From contig JAVKOQ020000110.1 of the NCBI GenBank assembly GCA_031835245.2, positions 124,001-166,356 of the forward strand: DNA of 42,356 nucleotides, given 5' to 3'. This DNA comes from Balamuthia mandrillaris. Lineage: Eukaryota. Of this stretch, positions 11,296-25,740 are shown one piece after another (the stretch's first letter is position 1; each line of letters starts with the position of its first letter). The position numbers were made by a program, and so were the translations under genes. The notes beneath the pieces are model-generated. The model was not told the DNA's origin, ran no database searches, and saw only the letters and a list, made by a program, of their open reading frames with translations.

Positions 11296-11766
11296 ACGTG
11301 GAGGAATGTTACATACCTCAATGTGCTTCATCAGCGACAAGTCCAGCAACAGGCCAAAAGGAGGAACCGCAATGCCTTCATAGCCATGCGCGCCTCCCTT
11401 CACTGCAAAGGTCAGCCCGTTTTCCCTCGCGAAGTTAACGGCCTTGACCACGTCCTCTTCTTCAGCGGCCCTCACAATGAGGGCAGGAAACTCGCGACCA
11501 TGCAAAGCAGTGGTTTCGAACTGGCTCAGTATCTGCTGGTAGACTTGGGAGGGAGGGAAGAGCACCCTTGCCTGGGGGCTCAAGCTCTGAGCAAAAGCGC
11601 TCAAGGGGTCCGGTTCAGGGCAGGAAGGACCGGGACCACACGAAGGAGAAGGGATCATACCGGCAAAGTTGAAGTTGATCGTGGTCGGAGCGGCATGGCC
11701 GCCAAAGGAGGATAGGACGCAGAAGAAGCAGGCGTAAAAGCAGGCAACAGCAGAAAGTACGTTCAT
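9959..11766 (-). CDS. Secreted FAD-linked oxidase, BBE family, paralog 2
   Basis: Signal peptide. Motifs: KGGAHG, GNCYTVGSG..HGGYG, DLFWAVRGALPNFGV and YGENLQRLRELKREWDPNNFF. Intron layout is similar to paralog 1. Confidence 0.92.
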
Positions 11767-12151
11767 GTTGTCACCGCCGGGGTTTTTGTTATTATTTTTT
11801 GTCTTCTCCACTCCTTTTGGATGTAGGTTTCCCACCAAAAGCGGTCCTGAACACACCAACCCAACAACTGCGTAATCCACACGAACCGTTGTTGTGGTTG
11901 TTCATTGGTCAGATTTATCACCTGTTTTTTTTATTCACAAATTGTCGATCTATCGAAAACAATCCTAGATTTTTAAACTTTTGGAATTGTTTAAGAATAA
12001 AACGAAGAAAAATTGACTATTCCAAATAATCTTTGAAATAAAGAAAAAATCGACAACGAAAAATAAAAAAAGAAAAAAGAAAAAGAAAAAGAAAAAAGAA
12101 AAAGAAAAAGAAAAAGAAAAAGAAAACCTTTTTCAATGTTTTTTTGTTTTT

Positions 12152-13136
12152 TTACATGCCAGAAGGAGGGTACTGAGGATAGCCACCACCCCCAGGAGGA
12201 CCTTGAGGTTTCGAACCCCCCATAGGTTGGGAAGGAGCAGGATAGCCCCCACCGCTCGGAGCCCCGCCATAGCCGGCAGGGGGCAGCCCTCCCATGCCCA
12301 TGCCCGGCTTGCCTCCCATTGCGCCGCCTTGGGGTCCTCCTCCATAGGGAGAGGTGGCGGAGGGAGGGGGAGGGTAGGCACCCCCTCCGATAGTGGGGGG
12401 AGGGGCAAAGGAAGAGGCAGGCCCGCTGCCGAGGGTGGAGGAGGAGCTGTAGGAGGTGGTGGTCACGGTGGTGGTGCCGGAGGGAGGGGGCAAGGGGCTC
12501 ATGCCGGACGGAGGAGGGTAGGCATTAAACGTTCCTGTTGGTCCCATTCCAACTGAAAGGAACACAACAAAACAACAATCAACAAAGGTTCACAAAAAAA
12601 AAAGCAACCATAAATAACGTGAGAGAGAGAGAACGAACCAGGAGGAGGGGCAAAGCCCAAAGAGGGAGGGGCAAAGCTAGTAGGAGCTCCATAACCACCG
12701 GCATAGCCCATTGGAGGCACTTTTTGTTTAAATAAAAAAATATATCGTTAATCCAAAGGGAAAAAAATCAAACTTCAAAACGACGGTCATCATCGACTCT
12801 TTCATTATCTCTTTCTTCCTTCTTTCTTCTTCTTTCCTTTCTTTTTTGTTTCCAAAAAACCACCATAAAAAAGTACGGACCTCCTCCAGCGCCAGGAATG
12901 GGAGAGTAGGGCACAGCGCCCATCTTGTTCTGGTGCTTCTGCAGTTTGTGCTGGTTCTTCATCATTTTCTTCTGTTGCTTCATGTTGAGGGCGGGGGCGC
13001 CGTAGCCACCGGTGGGAGCCGCCATGCCGCCGTAGGCAGGCTGACCCATGGCCATCCCTGGAGGAGCCATGCCCATGCCGGGCGGTGGGGCCATGCCCTG
13101 GCCGTACGGATTATAGGGGGTTTGGCCGGGATACAT
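12152..13136 (-). CDS. Pro/Gly/Tyr/Met-rich low-complexity protein, about 3 exons
   Basis: MYPGQTPYNPYGQGMAPPPG.. through GGGGYPQYPPSGM*. GC-rich exons are separated by AT/CT-rich introns. Confidence 0.6.
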
Positions 13137-13394
13137 CTTTTCTGTGTCTTTTTGTTTGTTTCCTTCTTTTTTTATTAACAACTTTTTTGTTATATTTTTT
13201 TTTTTCGTTGGAGAAAACGAAAACGATAAAAATGTGAACGAAAACTATAAAGGTAACGTTGAGAGAAAAGGTAACGTTGCCTTTGTTCTGTGATTCGGTT
13301 TTTAGGAGGAAAGAATGTTAGGTATGTTATTGTCGACAGAAATTAATTACATGTCGTCCTGAACTTCAAAGGTTATTTTAACAAAAATAAAAGA

Positions 13395-13690
13395 AAGAAG
13401 AAGAACAAGAAGGAAGAAGAAGAAGAAGAAGAAGAAGAAGAAGAACAAGAACAAGAAGGAAGAAGAAGAAGAAGAAGAAGAAGAAGAAGAAGAAGAAGAA
13501 GAAGAACAAGAACAAGAAGGAAGAAGAAGAAGAAGAAGAAGAAGGAAGAAGGAAGAAGAAGAAGAAGAAGAAGAAGATGAAGAAGAAGAAGAAGAAGAAG
13601 AAGAAGAAGAAGAATAAGAACAAGAACAAGAAGAAGAAGAAGAATAAGAACAACAACAACAAGAAGCAGAAGCAGAAGAAGAACAAGAAC
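13395..13690. repeat. (GAA)n/(GAACAA)n microsatellite just downstream of the agmatine deiminase stop
   Basis: About 300 bp of purine-rich triplet array. Confidence 0.9.
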
Positions 13691-13696
13691 AAATTT

Positions 13697-15464
<1,768 letters not shown>

Positions 15465-15659
15465 TTGTATTCGTAATGCAAAGAATCTTTCAACGCGATC
15501 TTTTATGCGGACATAATTTTCCTTTTTGTGTATGTCTACAATAAAATTATGATTTTCTATTGGTACGATCGACACAAAAGAAAAAAAGGAGAAAGAGAGA
15601 AGAAAAGAAAAAACAAACATTCAAACACAGCACTTTTACTGCCTTGAAAAAAAAAAGAC

Positions 15660-16766
15660 TTAGTCTTTGCCAAACTTGGCGTTTGCGCTCATGACGATAC
15701 CAATGATGACACCAAAGAGTCCCAACGCACTTCCGAAAATCTCAATGACCAATATTCGCACAAAGAGAGCGGGATTCTGCGCGTCTGCCAAAGCACAGCC
15801 GCTTCCTGTCACCCCCACCGCCATTCTGTGTTGGTTTCGTTTGGTGTAGAGAACAAGAAGAGAATGTTAGCGAGGAGAAAGGAGAAAAGGGCACAGAGGA
15901 AGAAAGAAAGAACAGAGAGCATGGCCAAGAGAAATAAGAAGAGAGTAAAAACCCCAAGATTAGAAAAAATTTCGGAGAGGGAGAGGGAGAGGGAGAGGGA
16001 GAGGGAGAGAGGGGAGAGGGAGAGGGAGAGAGAGAGGGGAGGGAGAGGGAGAGAGGGAGAGGGAGAGGGGAGGGAGAGGGAGAGGGAGAGGAGAGGGAGA
16101 GGGAGAGGGAGAGGGAGAGAGGGAGAGGGAGAGGGAGAGGGAGAGGGAGAGGGAGAGGGACAGGTAGAGGGATAGGGAACAGCAAAGAAGAAAAAAGAAA
16201 AGAAAAACAAGAGGAATGCTGCAGCGTTTCTCCTTACCCGCAGAACAGGTTGGCAAAGCCGACGGTGGCGCCAGCCCAGAAAATGGAAAAGCCAGCGTAG
16301 TAGTCGTCATTGCTAGGTTGGCTGGAGGCAAACTTTTCGAGCTTGCCCTGGAAAATGATGGCCATGATGATGCCGTAGATAGCCACAGCCTCGCAGAAAA
16401 TAATACTGAGGAAGGTGACCACAGAAAGAAACAAAAACATCAGCAACTCACACACTTCAAAAAAAAAACAAGAAATACCTGATGAGATTTTTGGAACGAA
16501 TGCGAGGCGCTTTGACGGCAGCACCAATCAAACTGGTACCTGTGATCATGATACCCCTTTTTTTTGTTTGTTTGCATAAAAAAATCACTCCTAAGCCACC
16601 AAAAGAGATAGAAGAGAGAGAGAGAAGATGCTAAGAAGAGACGATGATAAGAAAAGACGAACCAGGCAGCTCCAGCCACGGACAAACCGATGGTAAGACC
16701 CGTCCCGATGCCGGCCCATACGTGAGGGTTCACAGACTCAAAGAAGCTTTCCATCAACACCGACAT
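15660..16766 (-). CDS. VMA16: V-type H+-ATPase V0 proteolipid subunit c''
   Basis: Spliced: [105 protein letters not shown]. Confidence 0.95.
15975..16160. repeat. (GAGAGG)n intronic microsatellite
   Basis: Homopurine array in the last V-ATPase intron. Confidence 0.9.
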
Positions 16767-16937
16767 TCTCTCTCTCTTTGTCTTTTCCTATGTTGGCCCT
16801 TTTCTTCACAACGACGACGAGGACTCTCTTTAGGCGGATTCTCTCTCAGCAAATCTTTCTTTCTTTTCGGTGTCTACAAAAAATTCAACTTTTCAGAACC
16901 CTCATATGAAAATTCGGTCTTTTGACTCCTCGTTTTT

Positions 16938-16952
16938 GTCGACGCAGTCGAC
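16938..16952. promoter_or_regulatory. Double GTCGAC palindrome in the V-ATPase/kinase divergent promoter
   Basis: GTCGAC at 16938 and 16947. The same motif recurs in other promoters. Confidence 0.45.
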
Positions 16953-17129
16953 GCGAGTTCGAATCCAAGGTTCGAAGCAATTCTTTTTTGACCCCTACAA
17001 GGACCTGCTGCCGTGCGTTCGACACCTGGTCATCGCCATTTTTATTTATCGTTTATTAACAAAAAATAAGAAAAGAAACGATAAACAAGTTTTAGTGAAA
17101 AAGAACGACACACTGCGGTGGCTTCCGAC

Positions 17130-17930
17130 ATGTCGCGTGCAACAAAGGGAGAGCACAACGATCTTGTTGGTCCTGATGGCGTTTGCTACGTACGAAAAAA
17201 CAACCATTTTTTTTCGTTATAGAAAAATTTCATCTATTTGTTTGCTTGAGTTTCAGCTGATGTTTCTAACGTTGTAGCGGTTGATGGACAAGATCGGAAG
17301 AGGAGCTTTCGGGCAGGTCTTCAAAGCTATCAACCTGCAAACAGGTTTCCTTTTCTTTGCTTTTTTTAAATCCATTCATTATACTCACTTTTTTTGCTTT
17401 CAATTGAACTGTTGTTCTTGTTCTTCTTCTTGTTCTTCTTCTTCTTGTTCTTCTTCTTCTTCTTGTTCTTCTTCTTGTTCTTCTCCCTCTTTTTCTTCTT
17501 CTTCTTCTCCTTCTTCTTTCTTTCTTTCTTTCTTTCTCTCTTCTGTTCTGACAAAAAAAAGGCGAGTTTGCAGCCATTAAACAGTTAGACTTGGCTCACA
17601 CTTCTGAAAAGCGTTACGCTGAAATGATGGTCTTCTCTCTCTCTCTCTCTCTCTCTCTCTACTCTATGCCTCTCTGTATCTCTGTCTTGCTCTCTTGTTT
17701 ACTTTTGTCTTTTCGTTCTTGTTGTTCAATCTCTTCTCTTTATCATATTTATTTTGCCAAACAAACAGAGAGAAGTGGAGCTGTTACAAGAACTCTCACA
17801 TCCAAACATTGTCAAAGTGTTGGGACATATCAAAACCGACGACTACCTTTACCTCATCTTTGAGTATTTATATTCCACTTTCTTCTTTTCTCTCTTTCAT
17901 TCTTTATCGTGCTTTCTTTCTTTCTTTTTT

Positions 17931-17982
<52 letters not shown>

Positions 17983-18511
17983 GCTTTCTTTCTTTCTTTC
18001 TTTCATTCATTCATTCATTCATTCTTTCTTTCTTCGTTTTTCGTTGTCACTATGTTTTTTCATTCTTGTGGTAATGATAACAACCAAAGATATGTGGAGG
18101 GTGGCCCTCTAACTCGAATTTTGGGGATGTGTGGCACTATCCCTAACTCGCTCTGCATTCACTATGTCGAACAAATGCTTGCTGGGCTTGCTCATGTTCA
18201 CGAACACGGTGTTATTCATCGTGATGTACATCATTCTTCTTTCTGAACTCGTTTTGTTTGTTCGTTTGTTTGTTGTTCTTCTCCTGCTTCTTCTCTTTTC
18301 ACTGATCTTTCTTCTTTCCCTACTGTTAACTCTTTCGTGAACAGATAAAATGTGACAACGTGCTAATGATGAAGAATGGCAAAGTTGTTTTAGCTGATTT
18401 TGGCATTGCAAAAAAGATTCGCAAGTTGGACGATGACTCGGAGCAAGAAGTGGAAGGAGATGATGAAGCTGACCCGAACGAGGTCATGGGAACGCCTTAT
18501 TGGAGTAAAAG

Positions 18512-18558
<47 letters not shown>

Positions 18559-20948
18559 CCCTTTTGGTCCCTCCTTAGATTCTTTCTTCTCTTTTATCTG
18601 TTTTTCCATTCGGATTGCTTATTCTCTTCAAAAGTGGCCCCAGAAGTTATTTTGATGAGTGGACAGACACCTGCTGCCGATATTTGGAGTCTTGGGTGTA
18701 CTCTTCTCGAGATGTTGACTGGAGTACGTATTTCCTTTCTTCACTATTCTTTCGTTTTTGGTTTGGTAAATGTTGATGTCATTTTGTTGAATAGGAGCCT
18801 CCGTATTATTCTTTACCGCCTATGACAGCCATTTTTAAGATTGTGCAAGATGAGTGTCCTCCTCTTCCCGATGAGCTGACTGAGGTCTCTTCTTTCCTCT
18901 TCCTGTTCTTCGTCTGCTTTTTTTTTCTCCTTTACTTAACAGACAACGTCACAAACAGGACTTGCACGACTTTTTGACTCAATGCTTTGAAAAGGATGTC
19001 AACAAACGACCTTCAGCCAAACAACTTCTTCAGCACGAATGGCTCCAAAAAGGCAAACAGAATTCTTCCGAGAAATCAAGTCTCGTCATCAGTCTTGACG
19101 AAGACGTGGGGGTTTCTCTCAAGAAAACAGTGGAAGAGCTCAAGAAACTGGAGCCTTCATACTCACCTGCTTCTTCTATGAGTACGCGTTGTTTCTTTTT
19201 CTCTTTCGCTTTTCTTGTTTTCTTTTAGATTTTTTTCTCTTTTTAATTGGTTCTCTTTTCTCATCACAACTAAGAATGTTTTCTTGCACTGTTTAAACAA
19301 CAGACAACAGCAAAAGTGATACAATGACTTTCAATGGTCTCGAAAGCATCAACATGGACTATCTCGACTCATTAGCAAAAGACGTTGAAAAAGATCAACA
19401 AAAAGAAACTTCCACAAACGAAAAGAAAGAAGAAACCGAAAACCTCAACAAACAAGTGAAACGGGCCATTAGGGAATTGGACGAGAAATTAGCGATGATT
19501 CACTCTCGGCTGGAAAAGCTAAAAGAGGAGAGCAAAGCAATGGTCACTTTGGGACGACTCTATGGCACAAAGATGAACTTCTCACACATTCGAAATAGTC
19601 TTCGACAACAGAACGTTAGCAACAAAAACGAAGCAACAATAGCAACGAAAGAAGAGAAGAACTTAATGCAAGGACAAGTTCAAGAGGATTTGCAGAGAAA
19701 GAGAGAAATGACACAACGCTATTTGGCCTACAAGACAAAGATTGAAAGCCAGATACTCAACTTGAAAGCTTGTATGTATCAGAAAGCAACGGCTCTTCGC
19801 GATTTTGACGGTGAAGGAGGAGAAGGAGAAGGGGCCGATAGGGATAGGAACAGTGATAGGCTAACATTTAAGAAAGGAGATGTGATATATGTGCATCGCG
19901 CAAAGACAGAGTTGAAGGTATGTACTTTTCGTTCTTTCATTCCCTTTCTTTTCCTTCTCACTTTTAAAGAATAAAACAAAATAAAAAGATGTGGAAAGGA
20001 GAAATGTTGGACAAGAAAGGACAGTGGACGAAAGGTTACTTTCCTTCCGACTTTGTACAGATCGAACCACAAAAACAAAGCCAACAACGGATCAACAAAA
20101 GAAGAGCTTCTAACATTGGAGGAGAGATGTCGTTCGCTTCTAGTGGTCTTCATCGTCGAACACAACCTGCAGAAGAAAAAGAGAAAGAAACCAAGAAAGC
20201 AGGAGAAGAAGAAGGGAACGAAGGAGAAGAAAAGAAGCGAAAAGAGGAGCTTCATTCTTCTGAGAAAAAGAAAGAAGGAAAGAAAGAAAAGAAGCAAAAG
20301 AAAGAGAAGAAAGACGAAAAGAAGAAAAAGAAGAATACGCTCAAGAAAATGGTTTCTTTTCACAAACATCAGCATTCTTCAAACGATTCGATAAAAGAAA
20401 CGAAAGAAGCAGGCAAGGAAGGACGAAAAGAAGGAGGAGAAAAGGAAGGAGAGAAAGAACGAAAGGATGGAAACATTTCGTTGCAAGTCAAAGAAGAAGG
20501 AGGAGCCCAACGAGTCACCATCTCCAAACAGTTTAGCAACAAAGCTGTCCCCCTCTCTCCGCTTGCCGAAAAGCAAAAAAGTTTGGACGATGCTCATCAG
20601 GTATGTTGCCCTCTTCTCTCTTCGCTTTCGTTTTTGGTTTTACATCATTGCTTCAAACAAAAACAACAGATATTAAGCCAAGTAACGGAAGAAAGCGGAA
20701 GAGATACAGCTGCTTTCCAGGAACAAGAAGATGAAACCAACAACATCACAAAAACATCCCACCAACCGACAAACGACGAACCAAGAACGAAGAAACACAA
20801 CCAGACTACGAAACCCGAAACAACAAAGGAAGAGCTGCGGCAACGAATCAAAGCGTTGGAAGCCAAAGACAGAGAGAACCAACGCTTGATATCTGCCCTA
20901 CAAGAAGAGAACCAACGCCTTCGTTCACTTCTTGGCCATCCATCATAA
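17130..20948 (+). CDS. STE11/Cdc15-SepA-like Ser/Thr kinase with coiled coil, SH3 domain and C-terminal coiled coil
   Basis: MSRATKGE..CY|RLMDKIGRGAFGQVFK, AIK, HPNIVK, HRD|IKCDNVL, DFG, GTPYW|APEVI, DIWSLGCT and KRPSAKQLLQHEW. SH3 at about 19777-20065: ALRDFD..LTFKKGDVIYV..WKGE..GYFPSDFV. Confidence 0.88.
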
Positions 20949-21061
20949 AGAAGAAAGAAGAAAGAAGAATGAAGACAGAAGTAAATAAAATAAAATAAAA
21001 TAATAAATAAGTTTTTTACAAATATTACAATAAAAACTCTTTTTCATCGCCGTAAGCAGAA

Positions 21062-24000
21062 TCACATCTGGATGTGAAGGAAGACGTTCGTGGCACAAAA
21101 GTTGACGCCGTCGTTTGCAACGCTGACGGACACTCTCCGCGTTCTTCTGATCTCAGCAGCCACTTCTTCCTCATCTCTGTCCTGTTGTTGCTGTTCTTCT
21201 TCATCGCTGTCTTCTTCAAAGTCATCTTCTTCATCATTAAGGCGTCTTCTATCTTCCGCGCTTCTCTTTCTTCCCCTCGCAAAGGCTAACGCAGAAGACG
21301 AACCGGAAGAAGTTGCAGCTGAAGAAGACGAAGACGAAGACGAAGACGAAGAAGAACAAGAAGAAGAAGAAGCGGAAGAAGCAGAAGAACCTGAGGCTGA
21401 GGAAGAAGCGTTGAACAGAGACAATAAAGATGGCGACACGCAAACAATGGTGCGATCCTCATGAAAGCTCGCGTCCACAACAATCGTCCCAAAGCGAGCC
21501 CTTAGCAATGGGCTGTTCACAAAGTTGGATCCCAAAACCACAACTTTGGTGCCACCTCCAATCGACACCACATCCGGCAACACATCTGTGACAACAGGAA
21601 TCGGCATGGTTATCGTCGTCGTGGTTGTCATGCTTTCTCCTTTCTCTTTGCTTTTCTCTTCTCCTCCACTTGCGTCGGTATTTGTTGGTACGGTCGATGA
21701 TAACGCTGAAGAAGTTGTTGAGTTCAGTTTTTTACGTTTGTGTAAATAACTGCTGTGAGAGAAGACGCGAATGGGGTCAGAGACAACGGCACAGTCGTGA
21801 ATAACGGCAAAGGCATTCTCCCGCCACTCCATCAGCGTGAACTTCATGCGCACGTGCCGCACTCTCAAAGCGGTGCACGTGGATCGCACTTTGAGGCGTT
21901 TAAAAGTGGCAAAGGCGCCTTGAGAGAAACGAGCTGTCAGGATACCGTCCAACTCGCCTTCAAGCTCTTTCAATTGAAGCGAAGGAGAAGTAGAAGAAGG
22001 TCCAGCAGAAGGGGTAGGATCTTCCCACCAAAGAGAAGCTTTTACGAAAAAGTTGGTCATTTGGACATCGCTTGGTCTGTTTAGGAACATGATGGAGGGA
22101 TTCGGTCGAAGAATGCGTCGGTATACACATTCTGCTGGGGGTTGTCGCGCTATTCGAATTTCATACCTTGTTTTGTGTTTTCAAAAAAGGGGGTTAGAAA
22201 AGAAATAAAATGAGAGAGAGAGAGAGGAAAGTAACCTGAGAGTAGACGGAACAGGACGAGCAATCGAAGAGCTAGCTGCATGAACGGGAGATATCATCTG
22301 TTCTGTTTTGTCCGTCAATCGTTGTCTGTCTTCTGCGTCTTTTTGTGGTTGGTGTTGTTCTATTTGAAGTTGTTGCGGTCGCTGAAATAAGAGAGTTGGT
22401 GATTGTTGAGCTTGTTGTTGCTGTTGTTGGAAGAGAGAAGCACGGGAGAGAGAAGGGAACACCGATGACGTAGGTTCCGTTGATAATAGCGTTGGTGCTG
22501 TTTCTGTCGATGTTGTTAGAGAAGATGATGCAGAAGAAGAACGCGGCGGGGAAGAGGTAGAGGGAGAAGAAAAGAAAGGCAGCAACGAAGGAGGAAGATC
22601 TTGTGCAAAATGTTCCCAAATTCGGTCCAACGGTTGACTCGGATCATCATTTGTTGTCGTTGATAATTGCTCCATATTGAAAGAAGATGATAAAGAAGAA
22701 GGTAAAGAAGGAAGAGGTGAAGAAGACGAAGAAGGTGGAACCAACGACATCGTCGAAGCAGATAAGGGTATTTGCTGTTGAAGTCCAAAGAGTGAAAGAG
22801 TTGGGCGTTGGGATGAAGACGAGGATGATGATGATGAAGGAGCAGACGATAAAGTAGTAGAAGAGGATGAAGAAGATGAATGAGATAACAACGAAAGCGA
22901 GAATCGTTCTTCTCGACCAAGTTGTGCTTCAGCCGGTCTTTTTCTTCTCGTTGGTACAGCTGGAGAAAAGAGAACAGAAGAAGTCAAAGAAGAAGAAGAA
23001 GCAGGTCTGAAATTATTTGGTATTGTTGATGAAGACGAAGAAAGAGAACGAGAGTTTGAAGAAGTGGCTGTCACAACTCTTCTTCGTACGTTGAGCAGAG
23101 TGATAGTATCAATGCGTAGCAGTTGAACTAAGAAACGAAGATGGCGACGAGAGAGAGAAGTGAACCAATGATGAAAGGAAAGCAGCTCTTCCAACGGCAT
23201 CTTCAGAAGCTCTAAAATGTAGTTTAGCAGCAGAAAGGAGAGATGCGGTTCCGTTTGTGCCAGTTGTTGTTTTTGAAATGGCAATGGTGTGCTTGCTATC
23301 ATACGAAAGTATTCTTCCACCTTTTCGAAAAGAATGAATAACAGAAACAAAAAGGTAAAAGTAGAGAATAAAGCAGAGAAAAGAAAATAAATACCTGAAT
23401 AGAAGACCAACTCTGAAGAACTTGTTGTAACTCAACCATGAATCCAAACTGTTTAGCAACGCTTGTACTGGCACCGTTATGATCGTTGTACGGCAAAGAG
23501 TCGTTCGTCAGATGCAAAACTTGCAAAGCAGAAACGCGATTCAACACCAAAGTCACGTCCCAAAGCCCCAACATCAAAACGAACGCCATTCCTGCTCTCT
23601 TTCTCCTTTCCTCGTTCTTCTCTTCTCCTTCCGCTTCTTCCAAACAAAAGAAAGTGGAACGTGTCTTTCTTCCGAGAAGAAACAGTTCTGTTAATGCTGC
23701 TTCCACATCGGCTTTTCTGCGTTCTTCGTCCCCTGCTTGTTGTTCTTCGAGTAAAACGATTTCATCGTAAAATCTCTTCAATAACGCCTCAAACGCTTCT
23801 TCAACGTTTTCTTCTCTCTCTTCTGTTTCTGTCGTTCGCCTTCGTTGTTGTTGAAAGTCTTTAAGGTCTTGAAGAAAAGGAAGAAGGATTTCAAACATCG
23901 AACCTAAAGCCGAAACGACGTCAATGTTACTGTTTGTGTTCGTATTTGTTGTTGAAGAAGACGGAGAAGAAAGAAGACGAGAGAAGAGCAAAGACGGTTG

Positions 24001-25407
24001 TGCAATTTGCGCAAGATAGAGCAACACTTGAGGTGAGACTTGTCCCAGTTTGTGAAGTCGGCACAACAATTCATACATTCTTGTGCTCAATCTCGTCGTT
24101 TCCGAAGAAGAATATGGAAAAGTAGAAGCCGGAAAAAACGGAGCAGAAAGAGAAGAAAGCGAAGAAGTTGAAGAAGTGAGTTGATGTTGATGCTCAACAA
24201 GAAATGAGTCGAGAATGTTGTTGATGCTGCTATTGTCGATGGAAGCAGCTAACGAAGTTGAAGAAAGCGGAGAGGAAGAAGAGTCCAGTAACAACAAATC
24301 GTCTATCAGTTGTAACGCAGAGGAAGGAGTAAACGTTGTTGACAGCGGCTCCTCTTCGTTTCTTCTTCCTTCGCTTTCCTCGTCGTCAGCCTCGTTGAAG
24401 AAGAGCGATGAAAAGAGTTCTTCATGCGGCTGGAAGTCATAATAATACAGAGAAGGAGAGGCGGACGCGTCGATAAAGCCTCCTTTCTCTTCGCCTCCTT
24501 CTTCGTCCGCCTTTGCTTCTTCTATCGTTTGTCGTGCAAAAGCAAAAGAAGAAGAAGAAGAAGAAGAAGAAGAAGAAGAAGAAGAAGAATAAGAAGAAGA
24601 AGAGGAAGCGGAAACGGAAGGAAGAAAAGGCGAGGAAGAATGCAACATCGAAAGAGAAGAAGCAAACGTGCGTTCCGGTGAAACCCCAAAAAACGTTTCT
24701 TCTTGTTGGTTGTCTTGCTGAAGATGGAGATGAGGTATGCCTTCCCAATCGCTAAAACTGGTTCCTTCTTCGCCTCCTACTTCTGCTTCTTGCAACAACA
24801 TCACTTCCTCTTTCTCTTTCTCGTTCTCTTGCTTCTTCTTCTCCTCGTCGCTGAACGCGAGAGCCTCAAAGTCAACCCCTCTTGTCCCGTCTAGAAAACT
24901 TGCAAAGGGTGAAGAAGACGAGGACGATAAGGCAGAAGAAGAAGCGGAGGAGAAGGGGAGACGGATGGGATTGGTTGTTCTTCTTCCGCTTTCTTCTTCT
25001 TTCGTTTTCTCGTCTTCTTTTTTTGTTGTTTGAAGCATTTGGTCCGCTGAAGCTGCTGAAGTGGAAGAGAAAGGGGAAGAGGCTGAAGCTGGAGCTGAAG
25101 CTGATGACGGCTCTCTCTTTGTTGAGGTTGGTATGGCAATAAAAGTTCGCGGGGAGGAAGAGAGCAATAATTGTTGGACACAGAGGCAATCCACAGCTGC
25201 ATAAGGGTCGTTGTCGTAGCGGTCGTAGCAGTAGTCGTCGTCGTCGTCGTCGTCGTAGTCGTTGGTGGTGGTGAGGGTGGTGGTGGAGGGACTACCGAGA
25301 GAGACAAAGGGGGAGGAGGACGAGGGTGGAGAGCTGGAGGGAACGACAGTCGAATAGAGGCGTTGCTGTTGTGGTTGGTTTCTTTCACTGTTACTCGTTG
25401 TGAGCAT
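21062..25407 (-). CDS. Large putative transcription factor: Ser/acidic low-complexity N-terminus, helical region, velvet/Rel-like Ig-fold domain, NLS and IPT/TIG domain
   Basis: Three long exons join in frame. Key segments: YEIRIARQPP..RILRPNPSIMFL..FFVKASLW..LDG..FATFKRLKV..RMKFTL..VVSDPIRVFSH, then KRKK, then the IPT PVVTDVLPDVVSIGGGTKVVVLGSNF..RARFG..IVCVSP..VSVSVANDG. Confidence 0.72.
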
Positions 25408-25740
25408 CGAAAGAAAAATACAAAAAAAAAAATAAATTATAATCGTAAGAGAGAGAGAGAGAGAAATGGGGATTGGATTGGATTGGATTTTTTTTTTCAG
25501 TTTCAGCTAAACCACAAATCACTGAAGCACACTTTTTTTTTTGAATGAGACAGTTCCACCAACAACAAATCAAAAAAAAATTCAACCCACAAATTATAAC
25601 TTTCAAAATCGAAATCGATTTTGTGAGAGAGAGAGAGAGAGAGGAATAGAGAGAGAGCGCAGGAAGAGAGAAGAAACGAGAAGAGAGGAAAAAGAGAGGA
25701 AGGGAGGGGAAAAGGTTGAGAATCACTTTTTTCACTAAAA

